Positions 45,274-60,000 of a stretch of 64,000 nt of DNA are shown piece after piece. The stretch spans positions 496,001 to 560,000 of the forward strand of contig NW_027191419.1 of assembly GCF_041146345.1 (NCBI RefSeq). The letters are read 5' to 3'. The stretch is from Neodothiora populina. Taxonomy: Eukaryota. Numbering within the stretch: position 1 is the first letter of the stretch; the number at the start of each line of letters is the position of its first letter. A program made the position numbers and the translations under genes. The notes under the pieces are model-generated. The model had not been told where the DNA came from, searched no databases, and worked only from the letters and a program-made list of their open reading frames with translations.

Positions 45274-48150
45274 ATGCGTGTCCCTGTCGCCTTGATCGCT
45301 GCAGCGTCCTCTGCACTGCTGCGTCCGGCAGCTGCTGTGCTGGTAGATGAAGCCTGGAACGTCGACTACCACCTCGCACTACTCGGCACTCCCCAGGAAC
45401 ACACCACCTCCTTCCATCAACCCTTTGCTGGATCAAGAGCCTCGCTACTATACACCTTGTCCGAGCAGGCTGTCCTCGGTGCGGTCAACCCAAAGGATGG
45501 ATCGATAGTATGGCGCCAGCCGCTCGACCACGCAAGTTCACACGTCGCCAACACCACTCCGAGTTTCCTGCGCGCAGGCTACGGCCAGGACGTGGTTGTC
45601 AGCGCAGTAAACGAACACGTTGCTGCATGGAGCGCCGCAGATGGACGTCAGGTCTGGTCTCACCACCTGCGAGACTCAACAGTGAAAGATCTGGAGATTC
45701 TAGAGATTCCCGGTGTCAAGGAAGAGCTGGGAAGCAAGGATGCTATTGTCTTGTCTTCCAATGCGCATACGACCACCCTCACAAGACTGGATGGAGCAGA
45801 CGGTCATGCCAAATGGACCTTTACCGATGACAGCGGCGATGAAGCCCACCAGGTGTCAGCTTCTGCCACTCAGCTCTTCTGCATCTTCCTACACAAGACC
45901 ATGCTGGGCGGCTTGAAGATAAAAGTCGTCACTCTCGATCCCACCAATGGCCGCAAGATAGACCAGTACACCTTGAGCTCCGAGAGTGATCTCTCCTCTG
46001 CCGCAACCATTCTTGCAGTCGGCGCCAACACTGCTTCTCCCATCATTGCCTGGACCGACAAGGCGCGCACTGTCCTGAAAGTCAATGTCGTTGGCAGCAA
46101 ACACACCTCGACCTTTGCCATTGATGCGTCCAAGCCCGTCGAGAGCATAATATTGCACGCTCCTTACAACATCAACGCTCGTCCCCATTTTCTCGTCCAC
46201 TACCAAACAGCCGGCGATCACTGGGCCGAGGTATACCACATCGATCTCAGTCCTTCTGCCGCTGCTAGTGCGGTTTCCCAGGCATACAGCCTACCTCGTC
46301 TCGCTGGCCACGGTGTCTTCTCCACCAGCGCATCTGACGCCAATGTCTACTTTACCCGCATCTCTGAGGGCGAGCTTTCCGTTGTCTCGTCCGCATCCCA
46401 TGGTGTGCTAGCCAGATGGCCTCTAAAGATCTCCCAGCCTGGCCTGTCCAAGGCCGATGCCGTACCTCTGCATGCCGTCTCGGACATCTCCGTCAAGGCC
46501 GACACAGTTTCCGCCATACGTTCCGCCATCTATCTCACTTCCGGTGACTGGATTCTTGTTCGTGATGGCGTCCTGAGCTGGTACAGACCGGAAGCTTTGA
46601 GCCAGGTCCTGTCTGCAACCTGGGCGTATCCAGCTGTCGAGCGAAATCTGGTGCATGAGCTCGAGGTCGAAGGTCACTCGAATATGCTCTCGGCATATAT
46701 TCACCGTGTCACAAGGCACATCAACGACCTGAAGAAGGTCCCCGCTGCCCTCAGCGCTCTTCCCGCCCGCTTCTCCAAGAGTCTGGGTGTTGGTCCGAGC
46801 GACGAGGAGAACAGCGCAGTCACTCAGGATCTTTTTGGTTTCCACAAGACTGTCGTTTGTGCCACTGCAAATGGCAGATTGATTGCGCTAGATGCCGGCA
46901 GCGCTGGAAAGACTCTGTGGAACATTCCACTTCCGGAACTCGAGGCTGCGCAGAAGCCACAGATCATCGCCTCACCGGATGGCAACATCATTGTAAAGTC
47001 CGTCGACGGCAAGATCCTGCGTGACATCGATGCCCTTACCGGATCCGACACCGCGTCTGATGCTCTCGCCCCTCCTGCTGTTGAGATTTCCCAGAAAGCG
47101 TATAAGTATACCTTTGAGAACGGCAAACTCGCAGGAAATTCGCCCGCCACAGAATCTTCATGGCAATTCATACCTTTTGGTGGTCAGCAAATCATCAGTG
47201 TCACGCCACGCCCACTCGACGACCCGGTTGCGTCCATTGGCAAAGTCTTGGGCGACCGAAAAGTACTTTACAAGTATCTGAACCCGAATATCCTGCTGGT
47301 TACTGCCGTCTCCGATGAGACCAAGACTGCCAGTGTCTCTGTTGTTGACGCCGTATCTGGCACAGTTTTGTATACAGCATTGCACGAGGACGTCGACGTA
47401 ACTCTTCCCATTGCTTCTACCATCTCCGAGAATTGGTTTGCATATTCGTTCACCTCGGCAAGCGAAGTTTTGACCACCAAGGGCCATCAGCTCGTGATTG
47501 GAGAAATGTACGAGTCTGAATTGCCAAATGATCGAGGTCCATACGGATCATCTTCGAATGCATCTGCCATCGACTACAGCTACGAGCCCTATGTGTTCTC
47601 CAAATCCTTTGCCATCGACAACATGATCTCGCACATGGCCGTGACACAGACCCGCCAAGGCATCACATCGCGCATGCTATTGGCTGTGTTACCACACTCC
47701 AATGCGGTTGTTGGTATCCCTCGCCAAATCATAGATCCACGTAGACCTGTTGGTCGCGATCCCACTCCTGGCGAGCAAATGGAGGGCCTCATGAAATACG
47801 ACCCTGTGCTCCGTTTCGACCCCAAATGGTACCTCACCCACCACAGAGAGGTTCTCGGAGTGGAGAAGATCACAACTAGCCCCGCAGTGTTAGAGAGCAC
47901 CAGCTTGGTCTTTGCATATGGCCTTGACATCTTCGGCACTCGAGTGAACCCCAGCTTCTCATTCGACATACTCGGCAAGGACTTCAACAAGCTCCAGATG
48001 CTTGCCACCGTAGTCGCGTTGTTCATTGCGACAGTGGCTGTGGCTCCTCTGGTATGTTTGGCAATACCCGCATGTATTTCGATCAAGCGCTAATTAATTT
48101 TACAGGTCAAACGAAAACAGATCAATGCCCGCTGGCAGTTTGCCGGTTGA
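45274..48150 (+). CDS. EMC1: ER membrane protein complex subunit 1; intron 48052-48105
   Basis: Signal peptide, PQQ-like propeller (GAVNPKDGSIVWRQ), FGFHK, SIGKVLGDRKVLYKYLNPN, LESTSLVFAYGLDIF, FDILGKDF, TM helix and spliced KRKQINARW. Confidence 0.96.
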
Positions 48151-49372
48151 TAGATGAACAAGGCTATGTATAGATGAACTTGCTTCATGGCATGCTTCAG
48201 GGTATGATGAGCGCCAGGTATTGAATGACGAGATATGGAATCTGTCATGTGATGCTCAAATAGACCATAACAACGAACTATAGATAGCGGTCCCACGCGA
48301 CGTCACATATTGCGATGTCCTAGAATGCTTGATGGCTCTGCTTCTTACGTCCACAGCGGGGTATACAGGAAAATGGACGAGGCACCCGTCTCAGCGATAT
48401 GGAAAGAAGGCGACATCCGCGAGATACATCTACGAAATATAATTATATTTTCCTGAACGAGTATTAGTGATCAATAATCACCTGAACAAATTGAATACTA
48501 TTTTGATCCTTCTTCCTTCCCTTCTCTCCCTACTCATCTTCCTCGGACGAACACCAGGAGCGAAAGCCGAAGGAAGAGAAAATAACAGGGGAGAGATTAC
48601 TGGCATACAGGAGGATGGGGAAGAAATATTATAAATCCACCCGTCAATAAATGATACCATACCATAATCAAGCTTAACCTGACAGCTTGATGCGAAAGCA
48701 GAGAGAGAGATCCTTCTCTGCCTCGTCCTGCACTACCTTGCTATCTCAAGATACGTCAAGGTACAGTAAGTAGTGCCCTTCCTTCGTGGTGTTTAATCTT
48801 AGTCTCATACTATGATCATCTCAAGGGAAGTCGTAACGGGTGACCTTCCTCTCCAAGCTCCAACCAATCGAGCAAGGAGTGAATAAGCGAAAAGACAGCT
48901 ACAGACAAAGCAAGCTAACCACGAACGATCCAGCCTCGTGATCAAGCGCCTCCGCTCGAAGTGATTAAAACCCCCAATAACCTTTTGGTATTATCGTGCG
49001 AGATACAGCATACGGTATAGATTCGTCCGAATGCCGAGATTGATGGACGAGAGGTCATATTACTCTGGCGTTAGTTGGGAACACGCGCGGGATGGGTGCA
49101 GTAAGCCCGTTAAGTCCGGCGGGTGTCTGTGTCTGAGACGGGGTTAATGACCTCGATGATGACGAGGGCATGATACAAGTGAGGTATGGATATACCTTAT
49201 AAAGTGTAAAAAAAAAGTTGGACGATATGGAATTAATTATATTTGTGGATAAGCCTTTTTGTTTAAGGTAACTCAAGTACTTATAAGCAGATCTCTTGCT
49301 ACACTTGTCTTGCACGATATACAAAAACATATTCGTATCTTTCCTTGCGTTGATTCAAACAATATAGACACA

Positions 49373-50248
49373 ATGGCCGATCAGTTCAAATACACTAATA
49401 AACTTGCTGATAAGCATGTGCTAATCATCGGTGGGAGCTCAGGTATGTTTTTGGACAATACTAGCCAGAGAGGGCTTCATTTTGTGTTTCAGTGTTGGTG
49501 TATACATGACTGATCGCGCTTTGTTTTCTCCACAGGCATTGGATATGGAGTGGCCGAGGGCGCCCTCGAGCACGGCGCTCGCGTGACTATATCGTCTTCG
49601 AATCCTCAGCGCTGCTCAGACGCAGTGGAGAAACTGAAAAAGGCATATCCTTCGGCCGTCGACCGTGTCGTGGGCTATGCTGCGAGCATGGGCGACGAGC
49701 AGACCTTGGAAGCCAACATCGAGAAACTCTTCGAGCAGACGGGCAAGGTCGACCATGTGGTTTACACGGCGGGAGACTCTCTGGCCATGATTCCCATCAA
49801 GGAGGTCACCTTGGGTCCGCTCAAGCAAGCAGGCATGGTCAGATATTTTGCTCCCATCCTCGTCGCCAAAGTGGCGATCAAGTACATGGAGAGCAGCACC
49901 GCAAGCTCCATCACGTTTACTACTGGTTCCGTATCCGAGAAACCCCTGGACGGTTGGAGTGTGGTGAATGGCTATGCCACTGCTCTTCAAGGCACTACAC
50001 GAGGCTTGGCGCTGGACTTGAAGCCGATTCGTGTCAATCTGGTCTCACCTGGAGTGATAAACACCGCCCTCTTTGGCATCACCGACGAGGCCAAGAAAGA
50101 AGAGATGTTCAAGCCTTGGGTCGCGAAAATGGCGACAGGTGCCGTGGGACAAGTCGAGGACGTTGCCGAGGCATATCTATATGCCATGAAGGATAAGAAC
50201 CTGACGGGATCCATGATCAGTAGCAATGGAGGTGCACTAATTATGTGA
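49373..50248 (+). CDS. Short-chain dehydrogenase/reductase; intron 49443-49535
   Basis: Rossmann motif VLIIGGSS|GIGYGVA, then VDHVVYTAGD and LALDLKPIRVNLVSPG. Confidence 0.93.
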
Positions 50249-52263
50249 TGAGACGGAGTGCAACGTTGCGTTGAATTCGAGACGCAGGTCCGGCAGAGAA
50301 TTCAATTCATCAATCTCCTTTTTCTTGTATCAAGTAGACTGTACAAAGGATACTTGCCCCACTGAGGACTTGTTTGAGTTTGACCCAGCGTGACTTCAGA
50401 AATGCCGACGGAGCCACTGTATCGCGGACTGTGAGTAAATTCACTCGTCGTTACGGATGCTTCGAATGTACGTAAAGTCGCGAGCGATTGAATCAGCGAG
50501 TCGTGATCGAGTAATGGATGATGACCAGGTGTGCATCACTCGACATCATTGCTTGGCTTTCGAAGCCGTTCCGGAATACCGTAGCAGATCGAAATGCATA
50601 CGAAAACACGCGTTCGGCACACCTCCCGTGGAAGTATACGGCGCATACAATTCAACATGATCCACTATGCGTGCAAGTCGTTTGACCCACAAGGAGCAGG
50701 ACGGCATGGCACTGTACATGACACAGGGATGTTGTGGTCTAGAGCGAAAATCTGCGAATTATGTCTGATCGACTTCTTATATACGTCGAGCTTGGCTTTC
50801 TTGTGCCTGTCGGCGTTGGAGTTCAGCGTTGGAACATGAGACACATTGGCGACGCTGCCTAAGGTAACGGACCTCAGGGCGTAGTTCAAAGCGATGGGCG
50901 TCGAGAGTATGTGATAGTAGTGCTCATTGTGAAGCACTTTCACTATATCGCAGTATTACCACGTCTTCATTGATCCTTCCATCCTCTAGTGCACGCAGTA
51001 CAGTACATCAAAAGTAATCTCGGCTTCCAGCAGTCAACGACAGTGCAGTGAATTACCGAGTAGCGCTGAAGCCGAGTCAAAAACATCTATAGATCGGGCT
51101 CGCAGAATCTTCTGGCGCGCTTCTTCGCTAAGATAAATGCTTAATAGCGTGTAGAAAATTTGCGATTGACCCGGTTGGTGGGAATTCTAAGGCGTAATGA
51201 GCACAACTGTGTCGCTTGGTTGTCTCGGCTTGTTGGGCCCCTGTGGACACTGGTGGGGTCTTGTTGTCGATGGATCAACTGCAGTACAGTAGTTACCAAC
51301 GCGGCCCCCACTATGCTAAGGTCCTGCTAAGGTACAGTAGCACAAGGCTCACTCTGCTCGCTCGTGTCGTCGTTGCAGCCCAACCGCGGCCGTAGACGAG
51401 CGCTAGAGGTCACGGATAAGGCCGAGCTTGGGTGAAAAGCAGGGCGAGTCGACAGAAGTCTAGGGAGAGGGAGGCTCTCCCGTGTGTGAAAGAAGGAGGG
51501 AGGGGGGGCAACACTGCGTCATCAGGAAAGTGGATTCTTGAAACACCCGGGGACGTTTATCCAAGTGTCAGCCTTCGTTATTACATGGACCTTGGCTATT
51601 TTGTGCTCTACACCTTACCCTGCAAGGTTTGGTGCAATCGAAAGAAGATTCAAGGCGTCTTCCCAAGCGACTGTTAGTGAGTACCTTATTTCACAAAAAC
51701 GACTCGACTCCATTATAGCGCACCTCATTGCGCACGCGCAGCGTTTGGCAAGTGACGCTGACAGCGGGTCTACCCAAGAAGATTGCGCCACTACCTCGTC
51801 CTGTACAGTGCACGCCTCTGCGTTACCTCATGGTATGAATCGTGCTGTAGCGTTGTACTTGTGACCGTGTACAGTACAGTCCAGCAATACCACTGTAGTA
51901 CACTTGGGTTTCTCCATCAGCATCTCAGGAGAGAAACAGTTGCCGTTGCTCAGTCCACCCCATGCCCTGTTCGTCTCTCAGCCCGGGGCAGCAACGGTTG
52001 GTTTCGCATGTGTAAAGACGAGTATAGGAAAAACACAAAAAGTGAATCGGAAGGTGAGTTATTCATGTTCGCGCTTGATTGATTTCGAACCCCTTCCATT
52101 CAATTTTTTGTTTTAATAAGCGTCTCGTTCATCACTGGTCTCGTCTCTTCTCATGTCTCATTTTCTGTCGCTGTGCCAGCATAACAGAGCGGTGTTTGTT
52201 TTTCTATTATAGCTGCGGGCAGCTTGTATTGCACTGTACCTGTCGCATCGCATTGGGCACCAT

Positions 52264-52285
52264 ACACACACACACACACACACAC
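52264..52285 (+). repeat. (AC)11 microsatellite upstream of the R/D/E-rich gene
   Basis: Direct reading. Confidence 0.9.
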
Positions 52286-52463
52286 TGCTATATCCCACTA
52301 TATACACCACCAGATTGCAATCATGTTTGACCTGCTCACATCTTTCAGCATCCATAACCCACCTTCTCACACAACGGTGACTCTGCTTGACGACAATCCC
52401 TCTTGCAAGCAAAAGCCATTCCGTGGCTTTCCTTCGATTAAACGCGCAAAGGCGAATAAAAAC

Positions 52464-55336
52464 ATGTCGTCGCACTATCGCTCGAGCTCTCCTGGGGGCA
52501 GGCGCATCGCCAACCCTGGACGAGTCTCGGATCCCTACTACCCAACCTATGGCTCCCCGAGAGGCAGCACCGAGCGTGTGATCCCCATTTCCTCGACCAC
52601 CTTCATCAATGCGCCGCGAGGCAGAGAAAGCTTAGATGGCTATGTAACCAGGCCCCGTCGCTCGACACTGACCGAACCTGGCCGCCCATCATCTGCGCAC
52701 GTCCACACCCACGCGCACACACACACCCACCCTAGACCATCGACCGCCGTCGTTCATACTCATGTGGACCGTGTACCCAGTCCCCTGAACCGTTCTGGTC
52801 GCGGACCCTCTGATCAGCCGCGGGCTCCAGACTATCACGTCACACCCGCCTCGTCCTCGTCTACACCCTCGCGGCGAGAATACAACACACACAAGAAAGT
52901 CTACAGTATCGACGAGGGCAAATCACATCTCGTTGCCGACATCAACATCCAGCCAGCGCGCTCAGCCCGACGGAACAGCGTAGACCGCAATGGCTACCGC
53001 ACCCACGGATCCTCTGCCTACACATCATCGCACAGGAATGTCTACCATGTCAACGGCGCTCGCAAAGACCATGTCGACATTGATCAAGGCTTCTCTTACA
53101 CCGACCCTGCTGGCATGTATCGCGACACCAAGCCTAGAAGACATACACGCTCGGACAGTGTCGAAGCGGCTGCAAGACCCAGACCGAGTAGCATGATCAT
53201 CGATCCTTATCCGTCTAGGCCCTCAGCACGGGAAGGTGGCCCGCCAACTTCACGAGCACTTGATCGCTACAACGATAGTCTGCCCATTCAAGCCCCTGTT
53301 CTGGGCGCTGGGCTTGGGGCAACACTTGGTGCAGCGCTGGGCTCGGGTCTACAACGAGGGGGAAGCCTCAGAGACTCGGCGCGTGCTCCACCAGTGACCC
53401 AGTCAGTGTATCACGAAGTCCCTGCTCCATATCTCACCTCACAAGAGCGACATCATGCCACTTCCAACAAACGTCATTCCGCTTCGTTGCACCAGGAGAG
53501 ACTTCCCGAGCGTCGGGAAACTCACCCTCAGTCTCGGGATACGTATATAAGAGAGCCATACGAGGAGCGCAGAGATCCGCGCGATGCTGATCGATCACGC
53601 GTACCTCCTCCACGCCTATACGAAGATCATAGCGTTGAGACTCGTGGCTTCGGCATTCGAGCACCAGCGCGGGCTCGGGACGAGTCACTTGATCGCAGAG
53701 ATGCGTACTTGAATTCCGCCGCTGCGGCTTCGAGGGAGTCTGTTCTACCGCGACCAAATCGCGACGAGGGTAGAAGGGAGCAGGAACGCCGAGATCGTGA
53801 ACTAGAGTACGCCAGAGAGCTTGAGAGAAAAGACCGACACGACCGCGAGAGAGCCAGAGACAGAGATCGGGACCGAGACCGTCGCGAGCCTGACCGACAA
53901 GAGAGAGACAGACCTCGGGACGATCTGGGCTACGCCTCCGAACGAGACCGTGACAGGCCGCGACCCGCACGAGAGAGTGCACCGTATCGTGAGCAGGACA
54001 GAGATAGACGCGACAACGAGAAGTACAGCACCACCCCTAAGACCAGTGCTGAAGGTCTCTCGAACATCTTACCAGCGGCCGTTGGGAGTCTCAGTGGTCT
54101 CGGAGCGGCTGCCGCAGCTGTCGGGGCCATTGCAAAGGGGAGAGACAAGGATCGTGGCCGCCACTCTCCACCCTCCGACAGCGGTAGAGAGGACGAGGGC
54201 AGGAGGCGTCGTGACCGTGAGCATCACCGTGCTCCTGATGATCCATCGTCGTCCGATCGCGAGTATCGCGACGTGGAGAAACGCAGACGCGATACAGACC
54301 GCGAGCGTTCTGTCTCAGACCCAGCTAGAACAAATGTCGACCCTGAAGAAGACTTCAAACGCCGTTTCCAGCAAGCCCAGAGGGAGCTTGGCAACACCGA
54401 GCCTGGCACTTCGAGAAGCTCCCGAAATGAGTCCGACGCCGACCGCGACTCGGAACGCCGCAGACGAGAACGTGATCGTGGCGAAACCGCTCGTCATGGT
54501 GATGCGAGCCAACAAGAGAGCCCACCATATCGTACTCGCAAACGTAGTCCGAGCGAGAGCAGAGCCACAGGTGGTCCATCTATACAGAGTGACAGAGAAG
54601 ATCCAGCCAGGGAAGGTCGTGTGCGTATCGTGGATCCACCGAAAGAAGGAGAGGACCAACAGCCTCTGAAGGGCATTCTGCGAAGACCAACGGAGAAGTT
54701 CCCGGAGGACCCCAACCCAATCCGCGAAGGTGTTGCCCCTCTGAAAGATGTACGTCGTCAACCACGCCGTCCTGGCGGCACCAGATTTCTGGATGACACT
54801 GAGACCGACCACTGACAAACCACACAGGCAAAGGACAAAGATATTCCCCACGATGCACGCTGGACTAAGATCAGCCGGGAGCTAGTGAACCCGGAATGTC
54901 TCGAGGAGGCCAAGGAGCGCTTCGAGGAGCGCGAAGACTGTGTGATTGTCTTGCGCGTCTTGACCAAGGAAGAGATCCAGAAGCTCGCCGATCGTACAGC
55001 AGCCATTCGTTGTATGTGTATCCTGCCATTACGCTTTGCTTTTTCGTATATGATGCATTGATCACTGACTTCTCGCTAGACGCTCGTTTCGAAGAAGTAG
55101 ATCGTGCCCGACGTGGCGATCGCCGACGACGAGATAAGGACCATGATCGGCGTGATCGCGACGAGTATAGCGATCACAGTGAAGACGAGTATGCCCCGAA
55201 AGAGCCCCGCCTCCTCGAGGCCCCCAGCTCGTCTCAGGATACCGCTTCTTCTTTCAACGGTGACAGGCGGCGCGACAGGGAACGAGACAGAGGCGATCGG
55301 GATTATGTCGGTCGTGGAGGAACGAGTGGAGCCTAA
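52464..55336 (+). CDS. Arg/Asp/Glu-rich low-complexity protein with a conserved fungal C-terminal domain (DUF8035-like); introns 54750-54827, 55012-55079
   Basis: Long ORF. After splicing: KGILRRPTEKFPEDPNPIREGVAPLKD|AKDKDIPHDARWTKISRELVNPECLEEAKERFEEREDCVIVLRVLTKEEIQKLADRT. Alternative start at ATG 52323. Confidence 0.85.
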
Positions 55337-57021
55337 ATGGTCGGAAAACATGAAATCTGATTAGCATACTGCTAAGCATCTTTGACGCTCGACCGAATGC
55401 ACGTTGGTAATGAATGAGAGTTTCCACGCAGCTAGCTAGAACTCAGGATATGAACTCACAACTTTTCCGCGCCTGGTTGCCTTTTTTAGTTGCGGAATTT
55501 CAGCATCAGCGAGTCCTTGAATACACGACGTCTTCTCTTGCTACAAATCGACATTTCCTACGCTAATCCATGCCTAACCCACGTTGTTTCCCTCCCAAGT
55601 GATGATTCCTGCTCTCAATCAATAAAGACCATGGAACATTGAATCACTCACAGTCCATCTACTGTAGCAGACAAAACAAACATCCCAGCACCCCCTTACG
55701 ATACGCAAAATCCCCCAGTCCTCAACGCGTGCCTGAGTCTCTCCGCACGCATGTACACATCATCAACACGCTTTCTACGCACATGCATACATACCCAACC
55801 CCAGCATTAGCTAGAAGCGAGAAACATCAGCACAGATATTCGCTTGTTCACTTGGGCTATGCATACATACATGTATACACGTAACACTCAACTCGCTACG
55901 GAGGCACATCCGGAGCCAGCCAGCCTGCCAGCCGTCCAGCGAGGAGGAAGAGGTCAAGGAGGGGAGGGCACACACCGTCCCCGATGTATCAGGAAGCTGG
56001 CGAAAAGAAGAAAAGGAAGAAGAAAGGAACGTATTGTTAATTTGCCAACATGCTGCTACAAGCAGACGAACAAAAACGCCGACAAGACAGTCAGGGCAAC
56101 TGGGGAGGAGAGTTTCTTGCAGTGGCAAGCACAGGTTCACGCTAATGCGGTTTCTTTGGACGGGATTGTGATGGTTTGTGAAACTATGCTGCTATGTATG
56201 TGCTGTTATATGTGCCAATGAAATCCATCTTGGGCTCGTCCTTTTCGACTTTTGCTTCGATGATGATGCTGATGATGCTGCCTGCTTCTGCTTCCTGGTT
56301 AGTTGCAGAGTGGCCTGCAACGCGGACGGAAAGGCTCTTCTCCTTGCTGGTGGGGAACATGCTTCTCTGTGCTTACCGCTGTAGTGTGTTATTGGATAGA
56401 GAGGAGAGAAAGGGGAAGGGGGTTTTTCTTCTTCTACTCAGAGACTGTCACGGGTAGAAAGTGGGACCTGCAGATCGAAGGCCATGCAAAGGCTCTGAAT
56501 ACATGCACTTCCCGCAGCTGTGATGACTCGAGACGATCTACGTGAACGTTGTTGGTGATGGACCCACCTACCTGTCTGCCTGTATATGGAGGTCCAATGA
56601 ATTCCGGGCAGCAAGGGAGGAGAGGCACGATGGAGGGGAAGGGAAGGGGAGCAGGAAGAATCAATCTGAGCCAAACGATTGTTTGTGTATGCGTTGGAAA
56701 TCTGTGCGGACGCAGGGAGACATGATTCCGCGAAATTGAAATGCAAAGATGGATGAAAACCGTTCGTTGGGCAGTCGGGCATGCATACTTCGAACTGCAG
56801 CGTGTGCTCTAGCTCACCTCACGTACATGACAACGACCCAAAAGGACACATTCGATCAACACGTCGTTTGGGTCTTGCGCAAGACTGACAGGAACGCATT
56901 GATCCAAGTCTTCGGTTGGGTTGTCTGGGCCCCAATCGGTCTGCGTGTCACGTCCACTCGTCCCTGCAGCAGGACTATGACGGCGCTTTCCAATTGGCTC
57001 GTGTGTTGTTGCTGTGGATGA

Positions 57022-57045
57022 TGCTGCTGCTGCTGCTGCTGCTGC
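57022..57045 (+). repeat. (TGC)8 microsatellite in the long intergenic region
   Basis: Direct reading. Confidence 0.9.
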
Positions 57046-60000
57046 TTCCTCTTCTTATTTTTCTGCTGGCTCACCAAACCTGCTGCACCGCGCGCTGTCG
57101 AGAGCGACATTTGGGTGCGGCAAAAGATACTTCAACAGGTACACGAACTCAGGGTCTGCGCATGCTGCACATGTCAACCTGTCCTGCCGGTTTCTTGTCC
57201 ATTGTCCTAGATTGTTGCCATTCACCACAGTCGAAACTCTCGACGTACTGTATCTACATGGTACTGAGAATGGAGTACGTGAGGCCAAGTAGTCAAGACT
57301 GCCTCAAAGCATGACAGACCAGGCATGGGCAGATCATCATAACGTTGCTTGAAGACGTTGAAAATCTGGGAAGATGACAAGGAATAGCGAGGCTGATGAT
57401 CGATTGCGGGCCGCATCTCCAGAGATTGCTCTCTAGGATGTCAACAGCTCAGTGACCGGGTTTGTGGGTACGAAGCGAACGAAATGAGGTTCGCCGTACA
57501 GTGAACCCACTGGGCGCTTCGGAGTGGAGTGGGGGGAATTGTGGAGAGCTCTGCCATTGCTGAGCCGCTACAGCCACCAGAGCCACCTTGATTAAACCCG
57601 TTCCAAAGTTTGATGGGCGGAAATACCCGGCAGTCTGAAGGACGACTGTCTCCTGCAAGGGCGATCGCATTAAGGTACTGTAGTACAATTTGTGCAAGTA
57701 AAGTAGCGTCCAGGTAAGCGAAATCTCGCGTACAGTGACAATCTAACTTTTCGCATATGGGAAATGATTGGTCCTTGTGTATCGATCCTTAGTATGAAGA
57801 GCGTGACCCGTGATAAATGCGCTATAACCGCTAGAGTGGTCTCTGATCGGAGCTGCGTCTGGATCAATCACAGTCCAGCATTCGTATGGAAGCAGATGCG
57901 GGAAACTGACAAAGGGCGTTGCATAGTATTGTCATTTCGCCACCGTCTAAGACTTGATCTCAAAAACCCTCCAGCAGCTGCTACAAGCGCAGTCGCACCG
58001 TCTTCATTACCGATACCGTAGCCTCGCTCTGCCATGGGATTCGGAATATGTGACAGCGATCACGCGATCTGCTTACCACCAGCTTCCACTATCGGGTCTG
58101 TCTTTCTACAGTACAGTGGTCACGGATTCTGTCGCACGTTGATAGACAAAAGTGGGGCTGTTGACTGTCCACAAGATGACGCTGTAGTGGAAAGGTAGTC
58201 ATCATAGGCACTTCTGAAAGCAAGATGGCGGCGTTGATGACTGGTGATGCGTTAGCACTAAGGTATGCACGGAAGGCTTTTGGTGACTTCGCAACAACTT
58301 TTCCAGCGATAAGAGAGCTTGGCTTAGCAACCGATCACATCCTCAGAAATTGGAGGCCGCTTTCATAAAGGATATTACTTCGCTGTCACGGTTTGTGTGC
58401 TTGAAGTCTGGGTCGGAAGAGTTGGCCCGTTATCGAAGAGCAGGAGAAATGCCGATGATGCGCCCCAACGTCGAGAATGCATGCAGCGCAAATTTACTCT
58501 GTGTTCGCCTGACGAAGCTCAAGGCCCGACGCTCCTCGACAATTTCTCTTGAACATTGCCCCCGAATCTTTGCTCTGTAGTTTGCTACTAGCTTGACAGC
58601 ACGCAGTAAGAGGAGCCAGACGCATGACAATTTCACTTCAACCAACAAACTTGTCATCAATGGTAGTCGAGTAACTCGTGTCATCACGGCTTAGAGCCAC
58701 ATGTGATGCTGCTGAGCAAGCATGTTAGACATAACTCGGTAGGAAGAACTCATCTTTTCTGCACCGGCATCTCCTCATCGACGTCCGTAGGCGTGCCGAG
58801 ATCGAAAGGATGTGATCTACTCGACCAGTTGAGATGAGCGAGATTGAAGTTCGCAGCAGGAAGCTTGTAGCGACAAACGTCAAGTAGCGACAAACGGTAG
58901 AATAGAGTTTGAGGCAGTTCCCCCGCAGCCCACATCGTAAGGATACCTACCTAGCGGCAACCTTTGCCTTCCATCATAAGGTACGTAAGGCAGGTCGTGA
59001 GCAGTGGTAACGAGTACTGAGGTACCGTTTCACCCGCCGTGTCTGGACGATTCACCCCTTCGGCTGGACTTAACAAGTCTCCATAGTAAAGGCCATAGGC
59101 AGCGTTGATGCTGTGAATGTATAGGTAGATGATGATGTACCTCGTGACGAGGGACAGCACATATGTAAATGCCTCCTCACGGCGTTCCGTACATCATAGC
59201 GATTAGGGATCTAGAGCCACGGCTAATGCTGCCCTTTTCCATAGTACACGGCTCACTGGACATGCTGCAACGGATGCTAGCGTGCTGTCGAGTGGGATCA
59301 TAAATGATGGCGAAGTGCACTTGCAGGATGAGTATCTCAAGAGAATGATGCAAATGTGATGAGAATGGTCTTCACACATTGCCTCGGAGATGTGCTCTTG
59401 TATCTATTGCAACCTACAACTCCATGCGAAATGCTCAATGCTAGTCTGCAAAGAATGAAACTGTCGTCCACAAGTTTTCCGATTCTTCTTCTTGGAAAGA
59501 AAGAAGCAATTATAACTGTAACAAGCTCTCAGTGGTGGGATGCGCCGTGTGAATTCTGCAGACTGCTCGGACCGTTTACAGACAATGTACTTGTACGTAT
59601 CCACAGCTGACCTTCGCATCACATACACTGCTGATACCTGATCTCGCCTTGTCAACGTAGGATGACGGGCATGCAACGGGCAGAGCTGTCTTGCTTTCCG
59701 TTAAAAGCCTAACTGCTAAAGCCTTTGCTTAGCTTGTTTCCGATTGTCGAAGCATGACGTGTCGGGCAATGCCAAAGGCAACGCAGCAGAATCCACAGAG
59801 AAGCTCGAATCAATCTTCTGGATCTCTATGATAGGAAAGGAAGAAGAGATGGCAATCCTGAAGCACTTGTGAATGGACAATATCGTCCGTGAGTAATCCC
59901 ATGTGTGAATAAAAGGTGATGTAAGAATTTAGTGGGCGACTGTGCGAGCACTCGTTCAACTCCGGATTCAGCAGAGGTGCGGGCTTGTCAATCATCAGAT

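Noticed and set aside
49190..49320. AT-rich patch as a RIP-degraded transposon relic
   Set aside because: Short, with no terminal repeats or coding remnants; consistent with the SDR core promoter.
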